Shown here: piece after piece, positions 29,218 through 41,404 of the stretch
Numbering within the stretch: the first letter of the stretch is position 1
Layout: each line of letters opens with the position of its first letter
NCBI GenBank assembly: GCA_047601445.1
Contig: JASGJH010000001.1
Coordinates: 8,384,001 to 8,448,000, forward strand
Direction: 5' to 3'
Source of the DNA: Myxococcales bacterium
GTDB lineage: Bacteria > Myxococcota_A > Polyangia > Polyangiales > DASUME01
DNA: 64,000 nucleotides
Made by a program: the position numbers and the translations under genes
The notes under the pieces: generated by a model
The model's input: the letters and a program-made list of their open reading frames with translations, nothing else
What the model was told of the DNA's origin: nothing
Databases searched by the model: none

Positions 29218-32200
29218 TTGATGCGTGGTTTGCTGACTCGGTGGGTCGCGGCGATGGCCGTGATCGCGGCGGTCTGTTCCTGTGGTGTGAGCGAGTCTGC
29301 AAACTCAGATCAGTCCGAGCCAGGACTTCGAGAGCTCTCTCTCGAGCAGCTCACCGCACGCATGCTGGAGCTGCACCAAGGCTACCTGCACGCGCCTGGG
29401 GCGGCGCTCAGCGACGAGCTCGCCGAGGTGGCCAGCTTGCGTGCACCGCTGCTGCGACAAGTCGCACGTACGGACGGAGCGCGGGCGCGGCGCAGCGTGT
29501 TGCCGGACTACGTGCAGGTCAGCTTGCCGGACGCGGTCCAAAAGCTCGTCGAGCACCGGCTGACGCGCACCGGAAAGCTCGTCGCGCGAATCTACGACTA
29601 TCCCGAGCGTGCGGTCACCGAGCACGTGCTCGAGCTCTCGGCCGAGGAGCGCTACACGCTGGCGTACGCGGGGGATGCGCCCCATGCGCTGAGCGGTTCG
29701 ACGCTCGCCGTCAACGGGTGGGACCTCGGCGAACGGCTGGTGATGGTCGAGACTGCGGAGAACAAGGGGAAGCCGCTCGGAGTGCAGCCGTTTACGGATG
29801 AGAAGTTCCTCGTGCTGCTCATCAACTTCTTCGACAACAAGACCACCCCCGGCAGCACCATCAACTCGATCAAGTCCACGCTCTTCGGCGGCGGCAGCGA
29901 TGACGTGAACACGTTCTTCAAGGCCGCCTCCCAGGGGACCGCGACTATCACCGGGGACGTGTACGGCTGGTTCACCATCAAGCAGAACCGCATCAACTGT
30001 CATCCCGACACGCTGGCCGAGCTCGGCCTCTCCGCCGCCGCGCAAGCAGGCATCGACATCGCTGCGTACGACCACTATGTCTTCGTGCATCCCGACATGA
30101 GCTGTGGCTGGTCCGGCCTGGCCACCGTCGGAGGAGATCCCCAGACCTATGCCTGGGTGGTCGAGGACTCCACGGACATCGACCATATCTTCGAGCACGA
30201 ACTCGGCCACAATCTGGGCCTGAAGCACGCGCAGTCGGCTGACTGCGGAAGCAGCACGTTGCTCGCGGACCTCAGCGGTTGCACGACGAGCGAGTATGGC
30301 AACAAGGTCGATACCATGGGGTCGGGAACGGCCTCGTACAGTGCCTTTCAGCTCGAGTACGCCGGTTGGCTCAATCAAGGATCCTTTCCCGCCATTACCA
30401 GCGTGGGCGCGAGCGGAACGTACACCATCGCGCCCTTGATGGGCACGACCGCCGGTCCGCGCGCTCTCAAGGTCCCTTACGGCGCCTCCGGGACCCTGTC
30501 GCGCTCGTACTACGTCGAGTACCGCCAGCCGACCAGCATCGACAGTCCCGTGAACAACACGGTCTTCGACGATGGCGTGCTGTTCATGCTCGCGACCGAA
30601 GACTCGACCTACGAGAGCTACGCGTTCGACATGCACCCGACCGGGAGCGCGTACACGCTGCAAAGTGGCGAGACGTTCACGGACGATCGCGGCACCACGT
30701 TCAAGGTCGTGTCGACCAGCAGCACGGGCGCGACCGTGAGCGTGACGCTGCCGGCCGCGGCGGCCTCCTGCACGCGCGCCGCCCCCACGCTGACGATCAC
30801 GAAGAAGGCAACCGAGAACAGCTACGCGCCGGGCGTGCTGGCCACCTACACGATCCAGCTCACCAACAACGATAGCGCCGGCTGCGGCGCGAGCTCGTTC
30901 GCACTGGCCACGAGCGGCTTTCCACAGGGCTTCAGCGTCTCGAGCCAGCCGAGCATCCTCGCCTATCCGGGAACCACAGGCCGCGCGACCTTGCGCGTCG
31001 TACCACCCGCGAACGCCTCCGGTACGACGACCTTCACCGTGACTGCCGAAGATGCCAGCGTCAGCGGGCACGCGACCAGCCGCAGTGCGGAGTACACCGC
31101 GTCGACCTGCGTCGTGAAGAGCCCGACCATCAGCTTCTCGCCAGCGAGCAAGGGCGTGGCGAGCGGATCTTCGCTGGTGAGCGAGGACTTCTACGTCGAG
31201 ATCACGAACAACGACTCCGCTGACTGCGGCACGATGTCGTTGCGTGACGCCAAGGACCTCGTCAACAACACCCTTTGGAGTTCGTTCCTCGAGGTGGCCG
31301 CGCTGAACACTGCAATCGCGCCGGGTCAGACGGTTGCGGGCAGGTACATCGTCTACGTGCCGATCGACCAGAGCGCTGGCACCTATGACGTCGGGCAGCT
31401 TCTCACGTGGTCGCACAAGACGCCGAGTGGCACCCAGTACACGTCGCAGGTGATGCGACCGACCGTGGTCGTCGGAGGAGGCTGTACCCGCGTCCGGCCG
31501 CTGGTGAGCGTCACGCCGAAGTCCAGCAACATCGGCTATGGATCGGCGAACAACTACACCGTGAACATCAGGAGCCTCGATTCGGCGAGCTGCTCCGCGC
31601 GTAGCTTTACGCTCGCCGCCACACCCCCGACGGGTTGGACGGCCACTCTCGACAGCTCCTCGGTCAGCTTGAGCCCGGGCGGAACCGCGAGCGCAACCCT
31701 CACCGTCACGCCTTCGGGCTCGGCCCTGGCAGGCGACTATGCGACCGTCGTCACAGTCACCAACGACACGGCGTCGAGCAGCGCCAGCGCCACCTACGCG
31801 CTGCGCTGTCAGATCCAGGTCAATCCGACTGTCAGCTTCATCCCGAGTAAGCAGGTGGGCAGCGCGGGCGATACGCTGACCTACACGGTCAAGGTGGCGA
31901 ACACCAGCCCAGTCGCCTGCGGCACCGAGACCTACACGCTGTCCGAATGGATGTTCGGTGAGCACGGAACGACTGGTTGGGAGCTGGCGCTTGGGACCGA
32001 TAGCCTCGCCGTCAAGGCGGGTTCGTACGCCACGACGACGCTGACCATGACCTCGCCGCTCGACGCGCCGGCCTGGCCGCTCTACCGGGCAGCGGTCAGC
32101 GCGACCGACTCGCAAGGTCACTCCTCTTCGGCCACGAATTACTACGAGGTGCCCTGCGTGCGCCGTGACCCCTCGGTCTCGTTCGTGCCCGCACAAACCG

Positions 32201-35200
32201 TGGTGCAGGCGGGCAGCTCCGTGGTGTTCACGGCGACGGTCACGAGCAACGACACGGTCGGTTGCCAGGGCGATGATTTCGCGGTCACGCCGACGTGGCC
32301 CAGTGGCTGGAGTGGGCCTCCTTGGGATGGTCTTTTTTTGGCTGGCGGCGAGAGCGGCACCATCGACTTCACCCTCAGCGTGCCGAACAAGGTCACGCCG
32401 GGGACTTATACCGCGAGCGTCTTGGTCACCACGGCGAACAACACGCAGGGATCGGCCGCCCACGACTTCTCCGTGATCTGCGACCGCGCTCCGCCCACCA
32501 TCACTCTCACGCCCAGCACCCAGAGCACGGTGGCCGGGGATTGGCTCGACTACTCCATCAGCGTCACCAACAACGACGCTGCAAACTGCCCTGCGCAAGA
32601 CTTCGCCCTCACCGACACGGTCCCGGCGGGCTGGACGGGTGTGCTCGATGCGACGTCGCTTTCGATCGCTGGCGGCGGAACCAAGAGCGCGACCCTCACG
32701 GCCACGAGTTCCTCGGACGCCTATGGCGCCGCCAACCCGCTGAGCGTCACGGCGACCGGCTCGAGCGGAACCGCCAAGGCCAACGCGTACTACGGCGTGA
32801 CGTGCACGCGTGCCAAGCCGACCGTCACACTCGCGCCGACCTCCCAGACGGGTGCGCCGGGAGCGACGCTCGGCTACGGCGTGACCGTCAAGAACAACGA
32901 CAGCGGTTGCAGTCCAGGCGTGTTCGCGCTGGGTAGCACGCTGCCGAGCGGCTGGGCGGGAAGCTTCACTCAGACGTCCCTCACGTTGGCGTCGGGGGCC
33001 TCGAGCAGCACCAACCTCTCGGTGACCTCGAGCGCCGGGGCGACTGGGACTCAGTCCTTGAGTGTGAGCGCGAGCAACGCCGACAGCGGCAGCAAGAGTG
33101 CCAGCGCTAGCTACGTGGTGGCCTGCACTCGCCACGCACCCAGTGTGTCATTGAATCCGAGCACGCAGACCGCCGTCGCCGGGACCGATCTCTCCTACAG
33201 CGCGACCATCACGAACAACGACAGTGGCTGCAGCGCTGGTACATTTGCGCTCGCCAGCAGTGTGCCAGCTGGCTACTCCGCAATCCTGGGCGGTGCGAGC
33301 GTTTCTCTGGCGTCCGGTGCGTCGACCCAGGTGAGCCTCTCCGCAAAGTCGCCGATCACCGCGAGCGGAACGGCCAGTCTGAGTGTCAGCGCGAGCAACG
33401 CGGCCAGCGGGAGTGGCTCCGGCAGCGCGGACTACGTCGCCACGCCAGCGCCCTGCACGCGTGCGGCGCCCACCTTGTCGCTCAGTCCGAGCTCGCAGAG
33501 CGGAAGCGCCGGTGCGCAGCTCTCCTACACGGGCACGCTCAAGAACAACGACAGCGCCACCTGCAGCTCGGGGACCTTCACGCTCACTAGCAGCGTGCCT
33601 GCGAGCTTCACGGCGACGCTCGACAGCTCGAGCCTGACCGTCGCGGCGGGCGCGTCCTCGAGCGTAAGCTTCAAGGTCACGAGCCCGGCGAACGCCACGG
33701 CTGGCACGAACTCGGTCAGCGTGACGGCCTCGAACGCGACGAGCGGAAGCGCGACCGGCTCTGCGGGGTACGAGGTGAGCGTGCCATGCACGCGGACGGC
33801 TCCTAGCGTCGTGTTGAGCCCAAGCACCCAGAGCGGCGCTCCAGGCGCCAAGCTCACCTACACAGTCACGGTCACCAACAACGACACGGTGGAGTGTGCT
33901 GCACAGAGCTTCACGCTGGGAGCGAGCGTGCCTCCCAACTTTAGCGGGGCGCTCTCGCCGACCTCGCTGAGCCTCGCTGCGGGCGCTTCGGGTAGCGCGA
34001 GCTTTGCCGTCACAGCCCCTGGGATGATCGCGCCGGGCGCCAAGACCGTCGGCGTGACGGCCAGTGGCAGCAAGAGCGGCAGCGGCAACGGCTCGGCGAC
34101 CTTCCAGGTCACCCCCAATCAGTGCGTGCGGAGCGCGCCGGCCGTGTCGATCGCACCGAGTTCTCAGAGCGGCGAGAGCGGCAGTGCCCTTCAATACACG
34201 GTCACCATCACGAACAAGGACAACAACGTCTGTCCGTCCGGCATGTTTTCACTCTCGGCGAGCGCGACGCTCGGCTTTCAGACGTCGCTCAGCGCCGGCT
34301 CCATCAGTCTGGCACCGAATGCTTCGGGTAGCGTGACGCTGACCGCCACGTCGCCCCAAAAGGCCGTCGCTGCGAGCACGCTCACCGTCTCGGCTCAGGG
34401 TGGGGCCAGCGGCACCGGGAGCGGCACGGCCACGTATACACCGAGCTGCGTCCATCATGCCCCCTCGCTGACGGTGGACACGAACTCGCAGACTGGCGCG
34501 GGCGGCGCGACACTCAAGTACAGCGTCACGCTGACCAACCAGGACTCGGCCGTTTGCCCTGCTGCCGCCTTCGACCTCGTCGCCAGCGCGCCTGCGGGAT
34601 TCACCGCACAGCTTGGCTTGAGCACGGTGAGTCTGGCTCCCGGGGCGGCCAGCACTATCGCCCTGTCGGTGGGCTCCCCGGCGAGCGCCAAGGGCACCAA
34701 CACCGTCCATGTCGATGCCGCCAACGCGGTGAGCGGCAACGCGGGAGTCAGTACGGACTACGTGGTGAGCTGCGTGCATCATGCGGCGAGCCTCACGTTC
34801 GAGGCGAGTACGCAGAGCGGCGCGGCGGGCAGCCCGCTGACCTACAAAGCTACCCTGACGAACAACGACGCAGCGGCCTGTGCCGACAACACATTCTCCC
34901 TCGTCGCCGCGGCACCCACCGGGTTTACGACCGAGGTCGCCTTGCCGAGCGTGTCGCTTGCGCCAGGCGCGAGCAGCGAGGTGGCGTTCACGGTGACCTC
35001 GCCGGCCAGTGCTTATGGCGACAACGACGTGAGCCTCACGGCCAGCGCCACGGGCAGCGGCAACACGGTGGGTCACGTGACCTATGCGTTGTTGTGCACA
35101 CGCGCACAGCCGACCCTCAGCTTTGGGGTGCCGATCCAGAGCGCCGCGCCGCAGGTCCCAACCAAGTACTCGGCCAGCCTCGTCAATCGCGACAGCGGCT

Positions 35201-37159
35201 GCGCGCCCAGCGACTTCACGATCGCAGCGGGCACGCCGCTCGGCTTTGTTCAGGGCCTGTCGGCGTCCAGCGTGACGCTCGGCTCGGCTGCATCTACCAC
35301 GGTCGACCTCACGGTGACTGCTCCGGTGGCAGCCTACGGAGACAACGCGCTGAGCATGACCGCGGGCAGCGCCCAGAGCGGGCAAGTGACGGGCAGCGCA
35401 ACACTGAGCGTGGTGTGCGCTCATCAGGCGCCGCTGTTGCAGGTCAACCCGGGTTCGTTGCACGGCTTGGCGGGCAGCGCGCTCGTCTTCACGGCGACGG
35501 TCTCGAACGCGGATGTGGGGTGTCCGGCCCAGGACATCGCCTTGAGCGCACTGCCGATCAAGGGCTTCTCGGCGGTTTCTGCGCCGACCTCACTCACGCT
35601 CGCCAGCGGTGCGGGCGGCCAGGCCACATTCACCGTGACGTCGTCTGCCAATATGTCGGCTGGCTCGTACTCGGTCGCCTTCACCGCACAGGATCCCCGC
35701 GGAGCCAGCGCGCAAGCCAGCGCGGTCGCGGTCGTCGACCCGCCCCCGTGCGTCGCCAAGGCACCCGTCGTCCACCTGAGTCCGGCCAGCTTGGCTGGGC
35801 ATCCGGGCGATCAGAACTCCTACCTGGCCAGCGTCGATAACCTCGACTCGAGCACCTGCGAACCCGCGGGCTTTCGGCTCTCGGTATTCGGAGACGCGAC
35901 CTTCACCACGGCCGTGGAACCAAATGAGCTGACGCTCGCGCCAGGTCAGTCGAGCGCAGCGTTTTCGGTGAAGGTCACCGCGCCCTCGGATGCGCCGCTC
36001 GGGCCGAGCTCCTTTTCGTTGGTCGCGACCCGAGTGCAGAGCGCAGGTTCGCAGAACGACAGTGGCAGCGCCGATCTGCTCTACGACGTCTCCTCCGCGC
36101 CCTGTCTCGCCGGCACGCCGACGCTCGTGGTCGATCCGGTCGGTCGGAGTGGAACGGGCGTCGCCCTCACGTACCGTGTCGCGGTCACCAGTCATGCACG
36201 CGGAACCGAGTGTCCGAGCGAGAGCATCACGCTGGCGGCGCCGACCACGGCGGAATCTCGCAACCAAGCTCTCTGCGGTTCTGCTCGGGCTCGAAGCCGG
36301 AACGACGCAGACGGCGACACTCACGCTCACGCCCACGGGCAACGCCAGCGAGGGGCCGCACGAAGTGTTGGTGAGCGCAACGTCGGATAGCGGAGAGCTC
36401 ACCGCCACGGCCAGCTACCAGCTCGATTCAGCGGGCTGTTCGCGCTCTGTGCCCGAGCTAGTCGCGGTCGCATCGCTGCAAGAGGTACACGCGGCCGGCG
36501 CCATCGCGACCTACTCCTTGACGCTGGAGAACCTCGACTCCGCGGGCTGCGCCGACGGCGTGTTCGATCTCTCGAGCGAGCTCGGCGCGGAATGGTCGCT
36601 GGTCGCCGCACCAGTGACGCTGGCTCCCGGCGCCAAGACGAGCTTGCTCGTGAGCGTCAGCTCGCCCTCCACGGAGCCGGTCGGCACGACTGCCTTTGCG
36701 GTGACAGCGAGCCAGCGCAGTGATCCGGCCTTCAGCGCGAGCGAGCTGCTCGACTACACCATCGTGGCGGCCGCGCCGGATGCCGGCGTGGGGCCGAAGG
36801 ACGCTGGCGTGGAGCCCCTGGATGCTGCGGTGGGCATGGATGCGGGCGACGCGCTGGAGGACGCTGGTGTCGATGCGAGCGTCGGCGATGCCACGAACGA
36901 GCGTCCGGCCAACCCGGAGGCGGACGCGATGACCGGCGGAGCGCATGACGCGGGGAGCACGCCATCGGTTCCCGACATGCACACGGATACGGGCCCCGAC
37001 GACCAGAACGACGAGCATGATGCCGGCCCAGACAAATCGAGTACCCAGGGGCACGGTGGCTGCGCAGTCGCCGAACCCGGCCGAGGAAGGTTGAGTGAGC
37101 TCTTGGGAATCGTGACGTTGGCCCTCGCATTCGGCCTTCGACGCAGACGCGTCGTATGA
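29218..37159 (+). CDS. Giant zinc metalloprotease (M11 gametolysin / M6-like) with about 18 Ig-like NEW3-type repeats and a MYXO-CTERM-type tail; one-base frameshift at about 36253
   Basis: Lipobox AAVCSC; HELGHNLGLKH and DTMG Met-turn; YYVEYRQP; ~100-aa repeats C.R..P...SQ.G..G..L.Y...TNND...C. Removing one G in GCG-G-AAT joins it to ORF 35990..37159, which ends GGCAVA..TM..RRRR. Confidence 0.85.
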
Positions 37160-38409
37160 TTCGGGCCCGGCACTGGATCAGCCTGGGCTCCGTACTGTGT
37201 GCCTGCAGCGCGTCGAATGGCGAGGTCGCGGGAACCAGCTGGGCAATTACGGGCGGAGAACCCGACTCGGCATACCCGGCAGTGGGGCGCGTGGTGTCGG
37301 CAGCGCTCGAATGTTCGGGCACGCTGATTGCGCCGCAGGTCGCGATCAGCGCCGCACACTGCGACGGCAGTGACCTGGTGTTCGTGCTCGGTGACGAAGA
37401 GATTCCGGTGGCGCACACGCAGGTGCATCCCTCCTATGGGGTCGCGGACCCACAGGCGTCCGACTTGATGCTGCTCGAGCTCGCGTTCCCGGCGAGCACG
37501 TCACCCATACCGATCTCCACCGACATTCTGGCTGCTTCGGAGGCGGTCACGCTGGTCGGTTTCGGCGAGGACGAACAGGGCGCCAGTGGAACGCGCAGAC
37601 AGGGTGCGTCCGTGGTGAGCTCGGTGGCGATGAGCACCTTTGAAGTGGCAGGCGATAGGGGAGCGCAGGCCTGCGCGGGCGATTCTGGGGGCCCCGTGCT
37701 GAGCAGCGCGGACCGCGGTCTCGCGGGGATCGTGTCGACAGGCGAGGGGGAATGCGGAAGCGCGGTCGCGTTCACCAAGCTGTCTGCCTACACGACGTGG
37801 CTCGCCGTGAATGCGCCAGAAGCGCGCTCGAGCTCAGGAGATCCCTTGAGCGCTCGGGATCAGCCGCCCGAGCTGCAAATCGTGAGGCCCGGGGAGGGGG
37901 CCACGATGCCGGTGGAGTTCGAGCTGGTGGCGGTCGTTGCCGACGACCACGGGGCGCTCACCGTCGAGCTACTCGTCGATGGCACGGTGCGCGTCGCCGC
38001 GGTGGCCGAGCGCGAAACGCGTCTAGCCGTGCTTGCCGCTCCCGGTCCGCATCAGTTCGTGGTGCGTGTGGCGGACGCGAGCGGCAACGTCACGGAGACT
38101 ACGCGCCAGCTCACGCTCGAGGCGCCCCTCACGCCGCCCGGAGCCATCGGCTCCGCCTGTTGGGACGACACGGATTGCGCCCAAGGCGAATGCGCGGTCA
38201 CAGCGGACCAGCGCGTCTGCGCGGAGAGCTGTTCCGCCGACGCGGGATGCGAACCTGCCTCGCCAGCGCATCGCGGTCCGGACGCGGCATCGTGCGCGCT
38301 GACCATCCTTCCCGAGACCCAAAGGCAAGCCTGGCCTGTTGCGTGGATGGTGCTGTTGGCGCTGAGCAGTCGTGCTCGCCGACGACGTGGCCATCGCGGT
38401 CCTCAGTAG
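37156..38409 (+). CDS. Trypsin-like (S1) serine protease with Ig-like and Cys-rich domains and a C-terminal TM/Arg-rich tail
   Basis: ITGG activation site, CSGTLI, SAAHC, SDLMLL, CAGDSGGP. ATGA overlap with the upstream stop. Confidence 0.88.
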   Translation: MIRARHWISLGSVLCACSASNGEVAGTSWAITGGEPDSAYPAVGRVVSAALECSGTLIAPQVAISAAHCDGSDLVFVLGDEEIPVAHTQVHPSYGVADPQASDLMLLELAFPASTSPIPISTDILAASEAVTLVGFGEDEQGASGTRRQGASVVSSVAMSTFEVAGDRGAQACAGDSGGPVLSSADRGLAGIVSTGEGECGSAVAFTKLSAYTTWLAVNAPEARSSSGDPLSARDQPPELQIVRPGEGATMPVEFELVAVVADDHGALTVELLVDGTVRVAAVAERETRLAVLAAPGPHQFVVRVADASGNVTETTRQLTLEAPLTPPGAIGSACWDDTDCAQGECAVTADQRVCAESCSADAGCEPASPAHRGPDAASCALTILPETQRQAWPVAWMVLLALSSRARRRRGHRGPQ

Positions 38410-38410
38410 C

Positions 38411-38442
38411 GAGCGCAAGAGCGCAAGAGCGCAGAAGCGCAG
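38411..38442 (+). repeat. 8-bp tandem repeat (GAGCGCAA-like) x4
   Basis: GAGCGCAA GAGCGCAA GAGCGCAG AAGCGCAG directly after the trypsin stop, between convergent genes. Confidence 0.6.
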
Positions 38443-38477
38443 CCACGGGTCTTGGCCGAGGAGCTCGAGCGTTTGGC

Positions 38478-38855
38478 CTAGTTGCCAGGCGATTCGAGCC
38501 AGCGGAGCGCTTCGTCGAGTCCTGGAAATCCCTGGATTTCGAGGCCCGATGAGACGCTTACGGCGAGGATCGACATGGGCACCGAGGGCAGTGTGTACAC
38601 GACGGCAATGCGCTGGATGCGGCGCTGGTAGCTACGCAAGAAGTCCAGGTGACTCAGCGCAAATGCCGGGGTGAAGTGCACGACGCCTAGCGTCTCGAAG
38701 AGCAGACAAGCGCGCCCCGGTAGCCGCACGATGAGCTGTATGAGCTCGGGGATGTAGCTCGTGTGATGACCGTCCAGCTCCCCGCGGCAGCGAATCTCGA
38801 TGATGCCCTCCTTGAGCAGTCGAACGAGCACCGGTTTTGCGTCGTCTGAGAGCAT
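38478..38855 (-). CDS. Small STAS/SEC14 (SpoIIAA-like) protein
   Basis: ..IEIRCRGELDG..LLFET..RIQRIAVV..IQGF..LDEALRWLE fold pattern. Start uncertain. Confidence 0.55.
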   Translation of the reverse strand: MLSDDAKPVLVRLLKEGIIEIRCRGELDGHHTSYIPELIQLIVRLPGRACLLFETLGVVHFTPAFALSHLDFLRSYQRRIQRIAVVYTLPSVPMSILAVSVSSGLEIQGFPGLDEALRWLESPGN

Positions 38856-38950
38856 TCCCGCGAAGGCTACCCCGAGAGCAGGCATCGTGGGACCACAGAC
38901 TCGTCGGTTTCTGGCGCTCAAGGCGAGTCTGTGGCTGGCTCGCCCCTGCC

Positions 38951-39523
38951 ATGTCCAAGTCGACTCGCAGCCAGCTTCGAAGCGTACAGTTTGGCAGCCG
39001 GCCTGCAGGGCTGGGGCAGCGCGCGCTCGTTGCGGTCTCCGCTCTGCGCTCGCGGGCGGGCACCCATGCTTCGAGCCAGCTTCGCCGCGCGGCGGGGGAC
39101 CTTCTCGCGGGCGCGCTCGGCAAGCTCGAGGGACGCATGCTGGGATCGGCGGGCTCCGAGCGTTCCGTGGAGCGCATGCGCGAGGTGCTGGAGCGCGACC
39201 GCGCCCTTGCTTTCGCCGGGCATGCGGCCACTGCTGCAGCGTCGCTTGCCACCTCGCCAGGGCGTCCGGACGCCGCTACCGCAGCGGACGCCGCGACCGA
39301 GGCGACGAATGAACCGACGGCGCCCGAGGCAACGAAGGCGGTGAGCTGCCAGGAGCCGATCCGCACCCGGACGTTTGCGCGGCTCTTGGCGGCGCAGGGC
39401 CACCTGGAGCGGGCGCTGTCGATCTATGCTTATCTGATCGAGCAGCAGCCAAGCGATGCGGGCCTGATGGACGAGGCCGCTGCGCTGCGCGCGCTTCACC
39501 CCGAGGTTCTCCAGCCGTCCTAG
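38951..39523 (+). CDS. Hypothetical protein with a C-terminal TPR-like motif
   Basis: IRTRTFARLLAAQGHLERALSIYAYL..QP.D C-terminal motif after a low-complexity linker. Confidence 0.55.
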   Translation: MSKSTRSQLRSVQFGSRPAGLGQRALVAVSALRSRAGTHASSQLRRAAGDLLAGALGKLEGRMLGSAGSERSVERMREVLERDRALAFAGHAATAAASLATSPGRPDAATAADAATEATNEPTAPEATKAVSCQEPIRTRTFARLLAAQGHLERALSIYAYLIEQQPSDAGLMDEAAALRALHPEVLQPS

Positions 39524-39623
39524 TCATGCCGCGCGACTCGACGTGGATTCACAGGGCGTGCTCGAACAGCCACACCAGATCTCGAGACGTGTGAGCTAGA
39601 TGGCTCTTTTCTCTCTTTTGGTC

Positions 39624-39639
39624 AGGCACGCTTCCTGCT
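39624..39639 (+). promoter_or_regulatory. Sigma-54-type -24/-12 promoter candidate
   Basis: AGGCACG-CTTC-CTGCT: GG-N10-GC spacing and close to consensus TGGCACG-N4-TTGC. Preceded by a T-rich tract, about 17 bp before ATG 39656. Confidence 0.5.
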
Positions 39640-39655
39640 TTGAACCCCGCGTCAG

Positions 39656-40558
39656 ATGGTGATGCACCTCCTCACGGCGATCCTCCTCGCGGCCTCGGTT
39701 GCGGCACCAGCATGGGCCCAGGATGCGAGGGCGGCGCCCGCTGCTGCCAGTGCGGACGCGGAAGCCCAGGCATACAGAGCGCAGCTGGTCGAGGCCCGCG
39801 CAAAAATCGACCGCCAGTTGGCCGAGGCGCGAGCGGAGCGGAAGAGGGCGAGCTTGGTAGCGCCCGCCGTGGGCTTGGCCGGCAGTGTCGGTGCGCTCGG
39901 CGTCTTGAGTCTCGTGTTCCTCACGTATCCGGGGTACCCAGAACATGCGGGATCGATCCTGATCGCCTCGACGGTACCGGCGGTGACCCTGGTCGGCAGC
40001 GGCGTCTTCTTCAGGCTACGGAGGAAACATCACAGGGGAGCTGGTCGCGCGATCGCAGCACTCGAAACCCAGCGTACGGTACTCGATGCCCGCCTGAGAG
40101 ACACGAGTCGAGAAGGCCGATTGGCTGCGGATCGCGTAGAAGCTGCGGCTCGCGTGCGCCTGGCCGAGGTTGACGCTCGCCGGCTCGAGCTCCAGCGCGA
40201 GCAACACGGCTATTCCTACGCGGGGCCCATGGTCTTGGTGGCAACTGGCACGATGGCGGCCGCTACCTTCGCGCTCTGGTCGTTCACTGTCTGGCTGAGG
40301 GAGTATGCGTTCAGCGAGTACCCCGAAGAGTATTCGGATGACTCCAAGCGTTTGGTGCGAGGCATGGCGGCGGGTTCGCTCGCGGGGATCGCGTTGGCAG
40401 CGGGAGGTGGCCTGTGGTTTCGCTCGAGCCGTCGCGCCCGGGCGCGTCTTGCACCTGAACTCCAGAAGCTCGAAGTCGAGCGCAACGGGCTGCAGATGCA
40501 CATCGCACCTCAGCTTGGCCCCACGAGCTTGGGATTCATGCTTCAAGGCCGCTTTTGA
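39656..40558 (+). CDS. Secreted/membrane hypothetical protein with two coiled-coil + hydrophobic-hairpin units and a C-terminal GRF
   Basis: Signal peptide ..APAWA; two similar Gly/Ala-rich helix pairs; ends IAPQLGPTSLGFMLQGRF. Confidence 0.7.
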   Translation: MVMHLLTAILLAASVAAPAWAQDARAAPAAASADAEAQAYRAQLVEARAKIDRQLAEARAERKRASLVAPAVGLAGSVGALGVLSLVFLTYPGYPEHAGSILIASTVPAVTLVGSGVFFRLRRKHHRGAGRAIAALETQRTVLDARLRDTSREGRLAADRVEAAARVRLAEVDARRLELQREQHGYSYAGPMVLVATGTMAAATFALWSFTVWLREYAFSEYPEEYSDDSKRLVRGMAAGSLAGIALAAGGGLWFRSSRRARARLAPELQKLEVERNGLQMHIAPQLGPTSLGFMLQGRF

Positions 40559-40671
40559 CGGGCTGAGCAGGCCGCGCTCATGATTTCATCCCACAAACTT
40601 CAAGCCTGAGATGCTGGCCTCAACGACCGTGAATCGTACCCTTGCGCTGTCGCTTGACCTGGGGAGGATTC

Positions 40672-41313
40672 ATGGAGAGAGCCAGTGCAGTTCGCGCGCT
40701 TGCCGTGTCCTTTTGTACGCTGATCGCCTGTACGCACTCGGAGCGCCCAAGCCCGACTGCCACTTGCCTCGCTCCTTCGTCTGGACCCGACGCCTGCGAG
40801 GATCAGATTTGCCTCGAGGAGCAACAGACCCTGACCGTCGACAGCCACCAGGCTTCCGATGGCCAGTTCAACTGCCGCGGTTGCAAGGACCCAGACGTGC
40901 TCTCCAGAGATGACCGCCTCGAGAATGCCTTCGTCACGTTCAGCACGCCGGACCTCGAGGTCCACCTGACCTTCGACAATCGCGTGTCCCTCGACCTCAC
41001 GCTCGAGAACCTGCGCAAGTACGCCGGCGACGCGAGCGGCACCTACCACGTGCAGGGCGGGGGCATGGGCTTTGCGTTCGTTCCGTTCGAAGTCGCCTCC
41101 TACACCGGGGGACGCCTTCGGGTCCGCTTCGACGCCTCCCTCGGGACCTTCAGCTATGACGGCGAACGCACCCCCTACAGCTGCGACGTCGTGATCGGGG
41201 GCCAAACGGTCCCCTCCGTGTGCACCAAGATGACGTGCGGCTACCAGACCCAGGCGGGTGGTCACCCGGTCGAGTTGGCGGTGGACCTCGCGGGCGAGCT
41301 CGCCTTCTACTGA
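40672..41313 (+). CDS. Uncharacterised Cys-rich lipoprotein (paralog of 59850..60494)
   Basis: RBS GGAGG; lipobox TLIAC; GC3-rich codons. Confidence 0.75.
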   Translation: MERASAVRALAVSFCTLIACTHSERPSPTATCLAPSSGPDACEDQICLEEQQTLTVDSHQASDGQFNCRGCKDPDVLSRDDRLENAFVTFSTPDLEVHLTFDNRVSLDLTLENLRKYAGDASGTYHVQGGGMGFAFVPFEVASYTGGRLRVRFDASLGTFSYDGERTPYSCDVVIGGQTVPSVCTKMTCGYQTQAGGHPVELAVDLAGELAFY

Positions 41314-41404
41314 GGCACCCCGGACCACGTCGACGGCGGGCACCCTGAAAATTCGTGCGGCGCGTTTCATCAATGGGTCCCCTTCGGGTGACTCACCTAC
41401 CGCC

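Noticed and set aside
29305..33135. 1276-aa antisense ORF, and similar long shadows (8449..10494, 10793..12469, 13287..15299, 61588..63549, 4443..6056)
   Set aside because: Antisense or off-frame shadows of high-GC genes; Arg/Ala/Gly-rich with no family motifs.
30760..36770. Recurring ACCAACAACGAC-like DNA words as a nucleotide repeat array
   Set aside because: They encode the TNND motif of the protein repeats; spacing is in frame and the flanks are diverged.
38411..38442. Tandem 8-mers as a CRISPR or REP-like array
   Set aside because: No spacers, only 32 bp, no cas genes and no other copies noticed.
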